Origin: Candidatus Methanomethylophilaceae archaeon
GTDB taxonomy: Archaea; Thermoplasmatota; Thermoplasmata; Methanomassiliicoccales; Methanomethylophilaceae
DNA: 64,000 nt
Assembly: GCA_050950505.1 (NCBI GenBank)
Contig: JBMNHS010000001.1
Location: 768,001 to 832,000, forward strand
Direction: 5' to 3'
This document shows positions 20,736-31,965 of this stretch, piece after piece. A program made the translations under genes and the position numbers. Every line of letters starts with the position of its first letter. Position 1 is the stretch's first letter. A model generated the notes under the pieces. That model was not told the DNA's origin and ran no database searches. It saw nothing but the letters and a program-made list of their open reading frames with translations.

Positions 20736-21062
20736 TTACTCTATATTTATAGAAACGTCTTTTTTGAGACCCATTCCGCCGGCAACTTCTACGGCCTTTA
20801 AGACTCCGCAGGGCACCGGGCAGGTTGCATGGGGCAAATGTTCGGTGGCCAGTTTGTATATCGTGGTCGTACTGACGGGAGCTTCGACTTCCAAATAGGA
20901 TGTTATGGGTTCCAAATGGGGGGCCAACTCCTGAAGGTATTCACAATCGGTGTCGAGTGTTACGGTCACAACGCCCATATCATCTCCGACGGCTGTAATC
21001 ACAGTAATTCTTTTGCAGGCACCTGCATCCACAGTTACTTTACATTCAGTCATTTTCATCAC
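20736..21062 (-). CDS. Small Cys-rich protein (DUF6951-like)
   Basis: VDAGAC, TDC, HATCPVPCGVLKAVEVAGG. Overlaps the upstream gene's stop. Confidence 0.65.
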   Translation of the reverse strand: MMKMTECKVTVDAGACKRITVITAVGDDMGVVTVTLDTDCEYLQELAPHLEPITSYLEVEAPVSTTTIYKLATEHLPHATCPVPCGVLKAVEVAGGMGLKKDVSINIE

Positions 21063-22008
21063 TGCTCAGTCTAATCAGATTATCCGCACCCGCCATAGAC
21101 CTGATATCAACAACGCCTACGGCTGCGATGACTCGATTATCTAAGTCGATAGGGGTTACAATTACCTTTATACCTTTGTACGGGCCGGAGGTTGCAATCT
21201 TCCGAATTGTGGTTCCCACATTGATTACCTCTTCCAAAACCTGACCGGTGTAGGTATTGTCTATAACTGTTCCGTTTTCTATCCTGATGCCGAGATTGTC
21301 CCGGCTTTTCGCACAGACCGGCAATCCCCCCACCAAATCATGAATGGCAAAAGCGAGGGAAACGAGTTCGTTTCCGGTGCTTCTGTGACTAAGGATATCT
21401 TTCAGATCCCTGTCGAACTGAAGTCCGCCCATAAGGGTCAGGGCCGCGATGACGGCGCCTTCTTCGGCCACGGCATGGGTTTCCCCGGTGCCTATGATTA
21501 TGACGTCTTCGTTCCGTATGCTTACATTCGCCCAAAGCAAATCGTTGAGTTTGTTGTCAACGGGATATCCGGAGCCCGGGAACATCAATCGGCCGTTGTT
21601 GCAGATGAGGGTTGTCGCCCCCGTTGCTCCCGCCTTGATGGCCACATCCCGTTCTTCGCAACCGTACTTTACTCTGGACGCCATCTTGGATACCCTTACA
21701 ACGCAATCGTATTCTCCGATAGTCAGGGATTCTGCGTCAAGATGTTTGATTTCCATATAGGCGGAATTGTAATAATCGGTACCTTTTTTGTTAATGGAAA
21801 CGCCGCTTTTGTCAATATCCACAAGACCGTGTTCCTGAAGTATTCCCAAGATAGTTCTGGTGCTGCCCTCTCCGACACCAATCATCGAGGACAGTTTTTT
21901 ACGTCCGATCGGATTATTCTTATCGAGACAGTCCAACGTCTTCCAAATATGGTAATCGCTGAATTTGGGTATGGGTCCTCCTGCGCCTTTGCGATGTTGG
22001 GTAAGCAT
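21046..22008 (-). CDS. wHTH-DUF4443-DUF2111 fusion, putative regulator
   Basis: HTH IGRKKLSSMIGVGEGSTRT, middle RDVAIKAGATGATT, C-terminal GPYKG...VTPI...IAAVGVVD. Confidence 0.75.
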   Translation of the reverse strand: MLTQHRKGAGGPIPKFSDYHIWKTLDCLDKNNPIGRKKLSSMIGVGEGSTRTILGILQEHGLVDIDKSGVSINKKGTDYYNSAYMEIKHLDAESLTIGEYDCVVRVSKMASRVKYGCEERDVAIKAGATGATTLICNNGRLMFPGSGYPVDNKLNDLLWANVSIRNEDVIIIGTGETHAVAEEGAVIAALTLMGGLQFDRDLKDILSHRSTGNELVSLAFAIHDLVGGLPVCAKSRDNLGIRIENGTVIDNTYTGQVLEEVINVGTTIRKIATSGPYKGIKVIVTPIDLDNRVIAAVGVVDIRSMAGADNLIRLSSDEND

Positions 22009-22164
22009 ATGGATGTATCAATCATCCATGTTTATAAACTAACCGCCAAAAAAGGACATTTGTGAAATATGCCCGGCTGTGCCGGCGGATAAAAGCAGAT
22101 TAATTTCGTCAACGCCGTTGAATTTTTTAAGAGTGTTTTAATATCCTCGGTTCATTTCCCATAC

Positions 22165-23787
22165 ATGGTCAAAGAGTCGGTAGACTTCATTATAATAGAG
22201 AACGTCACAAAGAAATTTGGTGAGAAAACTGTACTTGATGGTGTGAGTGCAACCATACAAACCGGGAAATCGTTAGGACTTATCGGGAAAAGCGCCGCAG
22301 GTAAAAGTGTGCTCATTATGATGTTGAGAGGAAGCGGAGATTATGCTCCCACGACGGGACGTGTGATTTACAGAGTGAACAGATGCGTCGAATGTGAGAA
22401 TCTGGACCTTCCCTACGAAGGTACGCCCTGTACGAAATGCGGTTCCGATACGAAAACAATCTCCGTCGATTATTGGTCTCTCAGCGATGACGATGTTCTG
22501 AAACGACAGATGAGAAGTCGCATTGCTATCATGTTGCAGAGAACCTTTGCGCTTTTCGGTGACAAAACCGTTATTGAAAATCTTTTTGAAGCTATCGGCG
22601 ACCGTGCCGAGGGCAAAGAAAGGACCGAAATGGCATTGGAAATTCTCGAATTCGTCGGAATGACTCACAGGACGACCCACATTGCGAGGGATCTTTCCGG
22701 AGGAGAAAAACAGAGAGTGGTTTTGGCAAGGCAGATTGCCAGGAACCCCCTGTTTTTGCTCGCGGATGAGCCTACGGGAACTTTGGACCCGTACACCGCC
22801 GAAGTCATGCATGACCGACTCGTGAAGTATGTCAACGAAAAAGGAATCGCAATGGTTTTTGCCTCCCACTGGCCGGAAGCCGTCGAAAAGATGGCCGATG
22901 AAGCCATCTGGCTTGACGCGGGAAAAGTCGTCATGCAGGGAGATCCGAAAGAAATATCCGATAAGTTCTTGGAAGGCTACTCTTTCGAAAAGAAAGAATC
23001 CGAGAATTTGGGTGAGCCCATCATAAAATTGGAAAATGCGGAAAAGCATTTCTTCTCGGTCATCAGAGGCGTGGTCAAAGCGGTTGACGGGGTAACTTTC
23101 GAAATAAGAGAAAGGGAAGTTTTCGGATTGGTCGGCAAATCGGGCGCGGGCAAAACCACCACGTCCAGAATGATTGCCGGAATGACTCCCGCCACGGGAG
23201 GTTCCGTCGAAATCAAAATCGGTGATGATTGGATCGACATGTCCGAAATCGGAATGGCCGGAAAAGGACGGGCGACACCGTACATAGGATTCCTTCATCA
23301 GGAATACACGCTGTATCCTTACGACAACGTCCTCAGCAATCTGACCACAAGCATAGGCTCCAAGATGCCTGCAGAATTGGCCAAGTTCAAAGCCATGCAG
23401 GTGCTGGAAAGCGTCGGATTCGCCAAAGAAGGGATGGAGGATTTGCTTTATTCATATCCCGATACCCTTTCCGTCGGGGAATGCCAGAGAATCGCTTTCG
23501 CACAGGTTCTCATCAAAGAACCCAAAATAATTTTATTGGACGAACCCACGGGTACGATGGATCCGATTACAAAAACAATCGTGGCAAAATCGGTCATCCG
23601 CGCCAGAGAGATTCTCGGTGAAACTTTCATCGTCGTAAGTCATGACATGGACTTCGTTGAAAATATATGCGACCGTGTCGCTTTCATTGCCGACGGTAAG
23701 GTAAAGGCCATCGACACTCCCGATGCGGTCATCGGCCGATTCGGTTTGGAAGAATTGCAGGACAACGAATCGGACACGGGTGAATGA
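22165..23787 (+). CDS. atwA: Methyl-coenzyme M reductase system component A2
   Basis: Two ABC domains, CxxC...CxxC insert, [24 protein letters not shown]. Confidence 0.95.
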   Translation: MVKESVDFIIIENVTKKFGEKTVLDGVSATIQTGKSLGLIGKSAAGKSVLIMMLRGSGDYAPTTGRVIYRVNRCVECENLDLPYEGTPCTKCGSDTKTISVDYWSLSDDDVLKRQMRSRIAIMLQRTFALFGDKTVIENLFEAIGDRAEGKERTEMALEILEFVGMTHRTTHIARDLSGGEKQRVVLARQIARNPLFLLADEPTGTLDPYTAEVMHDRLVKYVNEKGIAMVFASHWPEAVEKMADEAIWLDAGKVVMQGDPKEISDKFLEGYSFEKKESENLGEPIIKLENAEKHFFSVIRGVVKAVDGVTFEIREREVFGLVGKSGAGKTTTSRMIAGMTPATGGSVEIKIGDDWIDMSEIGMAGKGRATPYIGFLHQEYTLYPYDNVLSNLTTSIGSKMPAELAKFKAMQVLESVGFAKEGMEDLLYSYPDTLSVGECQRIAFAQVLIKEPKIILLDEPTGTMDPITKTIVAKSVIRAREILGETFIVVSHDMDFVENICDRVAFIADGKVKAIDTPDAVIGRFGLEELQDNESDTGE

Positions 23788-23788
23788 A

Positions 23789-24409
23789 GTGAAAAAACAA
23801 ATCGGCCGTCACCTGAGTTTCGTTGAATGCAGAGAGGCCATGGGTCTCGGGGTAGGAGGAGCTCTTGCTCAGAGGGCAACCATTTCCGACAGCGGAAGAG
23901 ACGTGGTCGCTGTGGCAATGGGCCCCGGCAAAAGACACATAACGAAACCCGTGTGCGAAATCACGTATGCCCTAAGGGAAGAGGGAATAGACACCAGCGT
24001 CCTGGTGGTGAACGCAGGCTCGGGAGTACCTTCCGACGCTCCCGACGTGACCACCGGTTCCAGATTCGGATTGGATCCTCTGGAAGTGGACAGACTCCGT
24101 CAGTTCAAAGTTATGATTATTCACTTGGGAAACGTACGTAACCATATAACGTACAAAGCCCGGTTGGTCCTCAGAAACGTGGATTTGCCGTCGATAGTCG
24201 TGGCTCAGTGCCCTGTTGATTTCGAGGACTTCGCCGCGATAGGCGTGAAAACGGCTCACGTCATGCCCGCGGACGAGGATATTCAGACCCGGGGATACAT
24301 AGCCGACATCGTCACCGGCGTGGTCAGGGGAGTCACCTGCCCCCAGGAAAAATTGGACGAGATAGTGTCCAAATTACATGCGGTCATGCCGAGAGGTGAA
24401 CGCAGATGA
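23789..24409 (+). CDS. mcrC: Methyl-coenzyme M reductase operon protein C
   Basis: IGR...VECR...[28 protein letters not shown] start at 23789 (23780 also possible). Confidence 0.93.
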   Translation: MKKQIGRHLSFVECREAMGLGVGGALAQRATISDSGRDVVAVAMGPGKRHITKPVCEITYALREEGIDTSVLVVNAGSGVPSDAPDVTTGSRFGLDPLEVDRLRQFKVMIIHLGNVRNHITYKARLVLRNVDLPSIVVAQCPVDFEDFAAIGVKTAHVMPADEDIQTRGYIADIVTGVVRGVTCPQEKLDEIVSKLHAVMPRGERR

Positions 24410-25920
24410 AAGTATTCGTCAACGGAAAATTGAAAGTATTGGAGGAAGGCGCAACCCTCGGAGACGCAATCGAAGGCGAGACTTACAGCGAAGGTTCGCT
24501 GATGGCCGTCCATCTTTCGGTGGACACCGTTACCAAAACCACAAACGATTTTGAACTCGTTCTTGAAAGAGGAACGATGGTTCTCCGTCTGGACGACACC
24601 CCCGATGCGGAACTGTTCAGAAATATAATGAACGATGTCGAAGGTTCCACGGCCAGATGGGCTACCAGGAATCTTGTGTCCTTCGGTTCATTCCCGACCG
24701 GGATAGAAGCGACGGCCGAAGACAGAATGTATCGCAGATATGACTGTTTCTTCTCTCTGGGGGGAGGGGACAACCACACCACTTACATGATGATCGCCAA
24801 ACGGGATCACCGTGATTCCTACGGAGCGGGTTCCGGAAGAATCGGCCGCATAACCGTGGGGAGACATCTTTTGGACAACGTTCGGGAAGGAGAAAACATA
24901 ATCGAAATACGTCCGGTCATGTCCGAAACAAGCACGGACAACGTGGAAGTGACCTCCGATCTGTCCTATGAACTCAAAGAAGGATATTCCGTTTCCACAA
25001 ACATTCTGTTGGAACTGAATCCCAAAGCCCCGATGGCGGCGGAACACGTGCTCATAGCGACTTCAGGCGGGAAGTTCGACGTGACAGAACCTGCGGGAAG
25101 CTTCCTGGCGAATTCGGGATTTATTGATGCGGACATAAAACAGGAATTTTCCGACGTCAGGGAACCCGGTTCCGTAACCGTGAGAAACGAAGGTCTGGGC
25201 AACGGACGCATTTTCATATACAAAGACAAGAGACAGATATCCCCGTCGCACAGTTCGGCGGGCAAAGTGACCCGTGGGCTGGCTTTGATATCCATGGCCA
25301 AGGAGGGCGATTCCGTGGCCGTGGTCACCGACCCGCCGAGGATACTCGCCGTGGGCATGACCCAAAGTGAAGGCGAAGACTATCTTAATGCCGCGGGAAT
25401 CAAACAAATCAGAAAGGGGGACCTGTCCGATGACGCGATAGTGGTCGAACAGGTTCCCGAACGCACCATGGATGCTTTGGCCGCGGGAAGCGTTGAAACC
25501 TTTGCCGTGCCCCGCGACAGAATATACAAAATAGAAATATCCGCCGATGACAGGGAAACCGTCAGATTCTTCAGGAGAATCACGGGATTGGACCACAAGT
25601 CCGTCGGTTCCATGAAAGTGCAGTTCACTTTCGAAGGGGCGCAGATGATAACGTTCCACGGTGACGAGGAAAGAGGCAAAACCCTTCTGCCTCAGGAACC
25701 TTTCAAGAACGTCAAACGCGGAGACATAGGCGTGACCAATCAGGTGCGTCCGATGAGAGGGCTTCTGGGAATACGCCTGGAAGACAGCAAATCATACGGG
25801 CCTACGGGAGAGGAAGCCTACGGAACCAACATAGTCGGAAGTTTCCTGGGAAACCTGGACAAAATGCTTGGAGAAGCGGAAAGCGATAAACCGATTTACA
25901 TTACGGAGACAGACATATGA
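24406..25920 (+). CDS. mmp3: Methanogenesis marker protein 3
   Basis: Cyclophilin-like repeats, [22 protein letters not shown]...GTNIVG. Confidence 0.9.
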   Translation: MKVFVNGKLKVLEEGATLGDAIEGETYSEGSLMAVHLSVDTVTKTTNDFELVLERGTMVLRLDDTPDAELFRNIMNDVEGSTARWATRNLVSFGSFPTGIEATAEDRMYRRYDCFFSLGGGDNHTTYMMIAKRDHRDSYGAGSGRIGRITVGRHLLDNVREGENIIEIRPVMSETSTDNVEVTSDLSYELKEGYSVSTNILLELNPKAPMAAEHVLIATSGGKFDVTEPAGSFLANSGFIDADIKQEFSDVREPGSVTVRNEGLGNGRIFIYKDKRQISPSHSSAGKVTRGLALISMAKEGDSVAVVTDPPRILAVGMTQSEGEDYLNAAGIKQIRKGDLSDDAIVVEQVPERTMDALAAGSVETFAVPRDRIYKIEISADDRETVRFFRRITGLDHKSVGSMKVQFTFEGAQMITFHGDEERGKTLLPQEPFKNVKRGDIGVTNQVRPMRGLLGIRLEDSKSYGPTGEEAYGTNIVGSFLGNLDKMLGEAESDKPIYITETDI

Positions 25921-26333
25921 GCGACAACAGGGAAACCAGACTGCTGATGATTTCACCCAGGTCAAAATTGACTCCCGATCAGCTTGTGCGTACCATTCAC
26001 GCCATGAACCGGGACGTCAGGATGAAAGAGACCTGTTACGGTGCCGTCATAGAAGGAGAAAAATTCGCGTTGAAGGCACTTACCGAAGAAATACGCGGGA
26101 AATATCCCAATGAAGTGTATTCAAAGCGCAGGGCCTACCCCGCGGGGGACCAGAGGAGATGCCGCGCGCACCATGGAACCCGGCCGGGATACAGCCAACT
26201 GGAAGCCGAATGGGACCTTCTTTCCAACGTTCAATACGGTCTGGAATGTGCCGACAGGGGAGAGGAAAGAGTACCCCTGAAAGCAAAAGAAAAACTGCCA
26301 ATACTGGAATTTAAAAGAATTTGCGAGGAGTGA
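25917..26333 (+). CDS. mmp6: Methanogenesis marker protein 6
   Basis: KETCYG, GDQRRCRA, RPGYSQLE. Confidence 0.9.
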   Translation: MSDNRETRLLMISPRSKLTPDQLVRTIHAMNRDVRMKETCYGAVIEGEKFALKALTEEIRGKYPNEVYSKRRAYPAGDQRRCRAHHGTRPGYSQLEAEWDLLSNVQYGLECADRGEERVPLKAKEKLPILEFKRICEE

Positions 26334-26335
26334 CG

Positions 26336-26770
26336 ATGAAGATTTTTATAGATCCGCCGAACAGTCTGATTCTGTTCGACATAGTGGAGAGATTCGGGCA
26401 TGAGCCCCTGAGTGCCATGGCCGCCATACAAGAGAGGATAGACAACTTGGAGATTGACATGCCGCCGATGAACGTGACCCTGGATGACGTGGTCAACGGA
26501 CTTGAGTATGCCGGCGTGGAAGTTCCTTCGGGGGTGAGAGGAAGACTCGCTCTCTGGGGACCGATGATAGAAGAAGCGGATGCGGCGATAATAATGGAAA
26601 ACGCCCCGTACAGCTTCGGTTGCGTGGGCTGCGAACGCTCCAATGAGATGATTAAATATCTCATCATAAAACGGGGCATACCCCAACTCCGTGTTTCATA
26701 TCCCGGAACCGAGGAGGAAGCCAAAGACTTCGTTCTCAGCACCAAAGAATTCCTGGAGGGGCTCGAATGA
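26336..26770 (+). CDS. mmp5: Methanogenesis marker protein 5
   Basis: [31 protein letters not shown]. Confidence 0.92.
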   Translation: MKIFIDPPNSLILFDIVERFGHEPLSAMAAIQERIDNLEIDMPPMNVTLDDVVNGLEYAGVEVPSGVRGRLALWGPMIEEADAAIIMENAPYSFGCVGCERSNEMIKYLIIKRGIPQLRVSYPGTEEEAKDFVLSTKEFLEGLE

Positions 26771-27990
26771 CGATCAAAATAGCACAGCTGTCCTGCGGTA
26801 CGGAATACAGCAGCGTTCAGCACGAAATAGAAAAGGCCGCATTGTCGGTCGGGGCAAAGATGGTATATCCGGACGTGGGCGCCGCCGACGTCGACAAAGC
26901 CGTGAAACGGTTCGGATTCAATCCCCACTCCAATCAGTTGAAAATCATGATAGCCAGGGCCGCCGCCCTGGCAGACGGGAAATATGACGCGGATGCAGTT
27001 TTCATATGTACCTGTTTCAGATGTGCCGAGGCGGCGCTGGTAAGAAACGAACTGAGAAGATTCATTCAGGATTATACCGATCTTCCCGTCGTCACATATT
27101 CTTTCACCGAGAGGCTGAAAGCCTCTCAGATGCTGACGAGGATGGAGGCTCTGGTCACAATCGTCACGAGAAAAGAGCTTTTGGCAAGGGAAAGGCAAAC
27201 CGGCCTCAGCGCCGGTCTAGATTCCGGTTCCAGTACGACCAAAGCCGTCGTCATGGAAAACAACAAAATCATCGGAAAGGCCTGGACGGGTTCAGGGGAT
27301 GTTGTGAAATCCGCCGACCAGGTTCTCACCGAAGCGTTGAACCAGGCGGGCTATGAACTCAAGGACCTGGAGGCCATAGGAACCACGGGATACGGCCGAT
27401 ACACCCTCGGAAAGCACTATAACGCAAAACTTGTCCAGGAAGAACTGACGGTCAACTCGAAAGGCGCCGTTTGGCTTGCCGACAGGCAGAGAGGGGAAGC
27501 GACCATTCTGGATATCGGAGGAATGGACAACAAAGCCATCACCGTCCGTGACGGAGTTCCCGACAACTTCACAATGGGCGGTATCTGTGCGGGCGCTTCC
27601 GGAAGATTTTTGGAAATGACCGCGAGAAGAATGGACGTAAACATCGAAGAATTGGGCCCCTTGGCAATGAAAGGAAACTGGAGAAACGCCAAGATGAACT
27701 CTTACTGTTCCATTTTCGGTATTCAGGATCTGGTAACCCAATTGGGGGAAGGAAAGACCTTCGAAGATGTGGCCGCGGCCGCCTGTCATTCCGTCGCCGA
27801 ACAGGTTTACGAACAGCAGCTTCAGGAGATTGACGTAAGACGCCCGATTATTCAGGTTGGGGGCACTTCGCTGATCAACGGCCTGGTGAAAGCCGTGGGC
27901 GAAATATTGGGCGAGATGCCCATAGTCCCGCCGGAATCTCAGTACATCGGTGCCGTCGGAGGCGCTTTGCTGAGCTCGGGGATGCTGTGA
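26767..27990 (+). CDS. mmp15: Methanogenesis marker protein 15 (activase-like ASKHA ATPase)
   Basis: [42 protein letters not shown]. Confidence 0.93.
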   Translation: MTIKIAQLSCGTEYSSVQHEIEKAALSVGAKMVYPDVGAADVDKAVKRFGFNPHSNQLKIMIARAAALADGKYDADAVFICTCFRCAEAALVRNELRRFIQDYTDLPVVTYSFTERLKASQMLTRMEALVTIVTRKELLARERQTGLSAGLDSGSSTTKAVVMENNKIIGKAWTGSGDVVKSADQVLTEALNQAGYELKDLEAIGTTGYGRYTLGKHYNAKLVQEELTVNSKGAVWLADRQRGEATILDIGGMDNKAITVRDGVPDNFTMGGICAGASGRFLEMTARRMDVNIEELGPLAMKGNWRNAKMNSYCSIFGIQDLVTQLGEGKTFEDVAAAACHSVAEQVYEQQLQEIDVRRPIIQVGGTSLINGLVKAVGEILGEMPIVPPESQYIGAVGGALLSSGML

Positions 27991-27999
27991 GGTAATATC

Positions 28000-28566
28000 A
28001 TGGAAATCACGGTCCAGGGAACGGATCCCTTCGGGAATGAGGAGTACGAGACACTGTTCCGTAACATAATGAACGACATGGGGGATGCCATGGCGATTGA
28101 GAAAGCCCATCTTGTTCTCAAAGCCGAAATACCCCTGTTCGTGTTCTCGGTGAAACTGAGAAGCGAACCCGAGAACAGAAAAATCTCCGATGTGGCAAGC
28201 ATAAGGGCGGAAGGCGACGGAATCCATATCACCATCACCGACGAGCGTTACGCCCCGGAGATTCTGGACAGGATGTGGATGATGTACGGAAGGAACAGTG
28301 TCGAACAGCAGACCCGTTTCGACATGTCTGTTTCCGGAGCTAAAATGGATGACGTGGCGAACACGGTGGTCGCTTCCGGAGAAGAAGCGTTGAAAGAAGT
28401 CATCGGTTCGGTCTGGAGGTCTATGCCGGAAGGCATCAGGGTCCGCGAATCCTTCATTACCGGAACCGTTCTCACGGTGGTTGCCACCGAGGAAATCATG
28501 TTGCCCGAATACAGGAAAGAAGGCGTGGACATCCACGTGATGATGGGAGGTTCCCCTGATGTTTGA
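28000..28566 (+). CDS. mmp17: Methanogenesis marker protein 17
   Basis: DERYAP..L..MW...G...V.Q, PEG.RVR, and operon position. Confidence 0.85.
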   Translation: MEITVQGTDPFGNEEYETLFRNIMNDMGDAMAIEKAHLVLKAEIPLFVFSVKLRSEPENRKISDVASIRAEGDGIHITITDERYAPEILDRMWMMYGRNSVEQQTRFDMSVSGAKMDDVANTVVASGEEALKEVIGSVWRSMPEGIRVRESFITGTVLTVVATEEIMLPEYRKEGVDIHVMMGGSPDV

Positions 28567-29497
28567 AGTTATAATGTACGACGGCGGTGTTTACCGTTCG
28601 TCAGAACTTTTCGAGAAAATAGAAGATGTGGGCGGCACCGTTCTGCAGAGAATCAGAAGTTCTCAGATGCTGACGGTGACGATGTCGATTCCCAGTGAAG
28701 ACAAGGAAGACATCGTCTCACTTTGCACCGAAATCGGAGGGGACGTCAAAGAAGTTCCTTTGGCCGGAACCGAAATCGCCGTCGTGGGTCCCACCTTGGG
28801 ACGTCATCACATGCCCCACCCCATATGCGACATAGCCGAAGCCCTGCGGAGAAAAGGCGCTTTGACCATAGTCATGGGATTGGCCAGAGGCAGAGGCAAA
28901 CACACGTCTCAGATTTCAGCATCCGAAATCGCAATCATAAACGAATACGATGCGGCGATATTCTGTCTCGGGAATTTCAGTCCATGCATCAAAGCCAAAG
29001 CCGAGATGATGAAGGACATCAAAGTCCCTCTGATACTTGTCTGCGGTCCGCCAATGGAAAATTTCGAAGATTACTGCGAAGCCACGGTATGCGGGGTAGG
29101 CAGGAAATCCGAAAGGATGAGATCTTCTCAGGAAAGGGGCAAACTCAACGAAATAGTGTCGACAATGGAAGACATTCTTCACAATAAACGTAAGATGTTG
29201 TCCGAAGATCCGCTGTTCGTTCATCCTTCGGAGGTCAAACAGGTCTTGGAGAATTACCAACCTTTGGACATGTGTCTGAGGCCCTCGCCAATAGTTCTGC
29301 ACATGGACGGCCTGAGGGCGAAGATACCGTATGCCGAGAATATCGAAGCCATCGGAAACATGGAGATATACGGCAGAAAACTGAAGGACATAGCCACAAT
29401 CACCGAATCCAAACTGGACAACAGCAGTATGCTGGTAAAAATAAAAACGGCTTCGGAGGTCGAATACGACGACAACCGTGCCGAAAAACATCCGTAA
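28559..29497 (+). CDS. mmp7: Methanogenesis marker protein 7
   Basis: YDGGVY, HHMPHPICDIAE, GLARG.G, LGNF..C. Confidence 0.9.
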   Translation: MFEVIMYDGGVYRSSELFEKIEDVGGTVLQRIRSSQMLTVTMSIPSEDKEDIVSLCTEIGGDVKEVPLAGTEIAVVGPTLGRHHMPHPICDIAEALRRKGALTIVMGLARGRGKHTSQISASEIAIINEYDAAIFCLGNFSPCIKAKAEMMKDIKVPLILVCGPPMENFEDYCEATVCGVGRKSERMRSSQERGKLNEIVSTMEDILHNKRKMLSEDPLFVHPSEVKQVLENYQPLDMCLRPSPIVLHMDGLRAKIPYAENIEAIGNMEIYGRKLKDIATITESKLDNSSMLVKIKTASEVEYDDNRAEKHP

Positions 29498-29894
29498 GGG
29501 CACTTACGCTCTGTTCCTGACCCTGTCCGAGGATATCACGGCAGACACGGGAGCCCTGGGCGAAGTCTTTTACGAAGCGGGAGAGTACTGTTACGTCGGC
29601 AGTGCCATGAAGGGTTTGGATCAGAGAATATCCCGTCACATGTCTTCGGAAAAAAAGATTCACTGGCACATAGACAGACTCACTCCCGTTGCCACAGATA
29701 TGATTGCTTACGTGTCTGAAGGAATCGACTGCGTTCCGGAATGTGCCATGGCGGACATCGCCGTGAAAACAGGGCTCGTTCCTTACGTGGACGGTTTCGG
29801 GTCTTCCGATTGCGGATGCCGCGCACATTTGTTCAAAGTGCCCCCCGGAGGGAAAGACCGCCTGGTCTCAGTTCTGAGTCTGACACCTTATTAA
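29478..29894 (+). CDS. DUF123 / GIY-YIG superfamily protein
   Basis: KGTY, YCYVGSA, HWHID, GFGSSDCGCRAHL. Confidence 0.85.
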   Translation: MPKNIRKGTYALFLTLSEDITADTGALGEVFYEAGEYCYVGSAMKGLDQRISRHMSSEKKIHWHIDRLTPVATDMIAYVSEGIDCVPECAMADIAVKTGLVPYVDGFGSSDCGCRAHLFKVPPGGKDRLVSVLSLTPY

Positions 29895-29990
29895 CGGTAT
29901 AACCACGCGTGCGCGATTGAGTAATCCTTATAATGTATCACAGACTTCCGACTGTATAATAAGTTCACACTTCGGATGTGGAGGCAATAA

Positions 29991-31610
29991 ATGAAAGCGA
30001 AAGCAACCAATAACACTGAATCAGTTTTATCACGTGATGTAACAGACGAGACAATCGCCAAGCTTGAAGGCATTGTAGGGAGAGACAACGTAAACACAAG
30101 CGATCTCGAAAAGATCCTCTACAGTCATGATTTGGCCCCGCTTCCGAAGGAAGCAGGTGTCGCATTCAAAAATATTCCTGACGTCGTCGTAAGACCCGAA
30201 AATGACGATCAGGTCGCTAAAATTGTCGCATTGGCGTACAAAAGCGGAATTGCAATCATTCCCAGAGGCAACGCCACCTGGGGTCTCGGCGGATGTATGC
30301 CCACTCACGGCGGCATTGTTGTGGATCTCGCGTCCAGAATGAACGACATCATCGAAATCAACACGGAAGACATGTACATCAAGGCACATGCCGGATGCAC
30401 CTGGAAGAAGGCAATGGATGAATGCATGAAATTGGGCTTCATCATAGGATCCTATCCCTCCAGTTTCCCCTCCGGCACACTCGGTGCATGGATATCCACC
30501 GACGGCATGGGAACCGGGAACTACAAATACGGAACCGCCAAAGACAACATTCTCAACATGAAAGTTGTTCTTCCCGACGGTGTAATGATTGAAACCGGTT
30601 ACGACCACATCGGTTCGTACATGTCCGGTTACAACCTCAACCAGTTCTTTGCAGGTTCCGAGGGCACCTTGGGAGTAATGACCACAATCACTCTGAGAAT
30701 CTACCCCATGGGAGAAATCAGGCCTCTTGCCTACGAATTCGACACCCTCAAGGAGATTCACGGGCCGATTCAGAAATTGGTCAACCACCCCAGCATAATG
30801 CCCCTTCACATTTCTTGGGCAGATCATCTGCACTTTGCAAACCAGCGGAAAGCCGGCGTTCACAGCACGGAAGCAAACAATATGCTTTTGGTAACGATTC
30901 AGGGCGACCCCGAATTCCTGGACTTCGAAGAGAAGGCAATCGACGCCATCATGGAAGAGTGCAATGCCAAAAAATTCGACAGTGACTTCGCCATGCACGA
31001 GTGGGATGAAAGATGCTACGAATTCAGGGCAAGGAAAGCCGGAGTCGGAGAGATTCCCGCGGAAGTCGTGGTCCCCGTCAAAAACTGGGGAGAGTTCGTC
31101 GATGAGTGCTACGGTGCTTTCGACACCATGAATATGGAAGCCGGCGGTGTGATCGGAGTCATCGTTGACCGCAATACCGCAATGTTCATGCCCTACTACT
31201 TCAAGGATGACGAAACCCTGTTGGGCATGGCCGCGTTCTCATTCAACTTCTACCTTGGCGACAGGGCCATGGAGTACGGCGGAAGGACCACCGGATTCGG
31301 AGTGTTCTTTGCCTGGAACCTTGACATCATACGCGACGAGAACACCGCACAGTTCATGAGAGAACTGAAGACCGCGGTGGATCCCAACGACGTCATGAAC
31401 CCCGGTCACCTGGTGTGCGGCACCACAAGATTCGGAATCGATCTTACCGAGAAGATTATGAGCTTCGGAAGTCAGCTCCTTCAGGGCGTAAAGAAGCTCC
31501 TTCCCGCCGATACGACCTTCAACCAGAACCTCAAGAGATTCAGGTATGAAGAACTCGAACACGGAAAGGACGGTTCCAGAACCCGTGTTCTCGGTGACGG
31601 TTCCGAGTAA
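29991..31610 (+). CDS. FAD-binding oxidoreductase (GlcD/D-lactate dehydrogenase-like)
   Basis: PDVVVRP, PRGNATWGLGG, KYG, GSEGTLGV, DPNDVMNPG. Confidence 0.85.
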   Translation: MKAKATNNTESVLSRDVTDETIAKLEGIVGRDNVNTSDLEKILYSHDLAPLPKEAGVAFKNIPDVVVRPENDDQVAKIVALAYKSGIAIIPRGNATWGLGGCMPTHGGIVVDLASRMNDIIEINTEDMYIKAHAGCTWKKAMDECMKLGFIIGSYPSSFPSGTLGAWISTDGMGTGNYKYGTAKDNILNMKVVLPDGVMIETGYDHIGSYMSGYNLNQFFAGSEGTLGVMTTITLRIYPMGEIRPLAYEFDTLKEIHGPIQKLVNHPSIMPLHISWADHLHFANQRKAGVHSTEANNMLLVTIQGDPEFLDFEEKAIDAIMEECNAKKFDSDFAMHEWDERCYEFRARKAGVGEIPAEVVVPVKNWGEFVDECYGAFDTMNMEAGGVIGVIVDRNTAMFMPYYFKDDETLLGMAAFSFNFYLGDRAMEYGGRTTGFGVFFAWNLDIIRDENTAQFMRELKTAVDPNDVMNPGHLVCGTTRFGIDLTEKIMSFGSQLLQGVKKLLPADTTFNQNLKRFRYEELEHGKDGSRTRVLGDGSE

Positions 31611-31628
31611 GTACGGACTCAAGTCCGC

Positions 31629-31675
31629 AAACCTTTTACCTTTAATTCAATCCGAACGATTCGGATTGAATTCTT
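31629..31675 (+). terminator. AAACCTTTTACCTTT plus a perfect 13-bp hairpin
   Basis: AATTCAATCCGAA-CGA-TTCGGATTGAATT at 31644-31672. Confidence 0.6.
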
Positions 31676-31965
31676 TCAAATCTTCTGTAATTTTTTGAAG
31701 CTGAGGGTCTCCGGGACAAAGTTTAAAATTCCGACTCAATCGAACCGTTTCATCGGATATCATGAAAAAAGGTTATTTTATAAACACCGCATTACCGTCT
31801 GATAATTTATACAATTGCTTATAAAAAACAAATTTTAGGAAATAAAAAAATTTGGATTTTAAAAATTTGAAATCTGATGAAAATATTGAAAAAAATAACC
31901 TTTCTTATGCAATTTTTTTCTCGAGATATGAGGGTATATATACTCTATTCGGAGAATTTTAGTAT

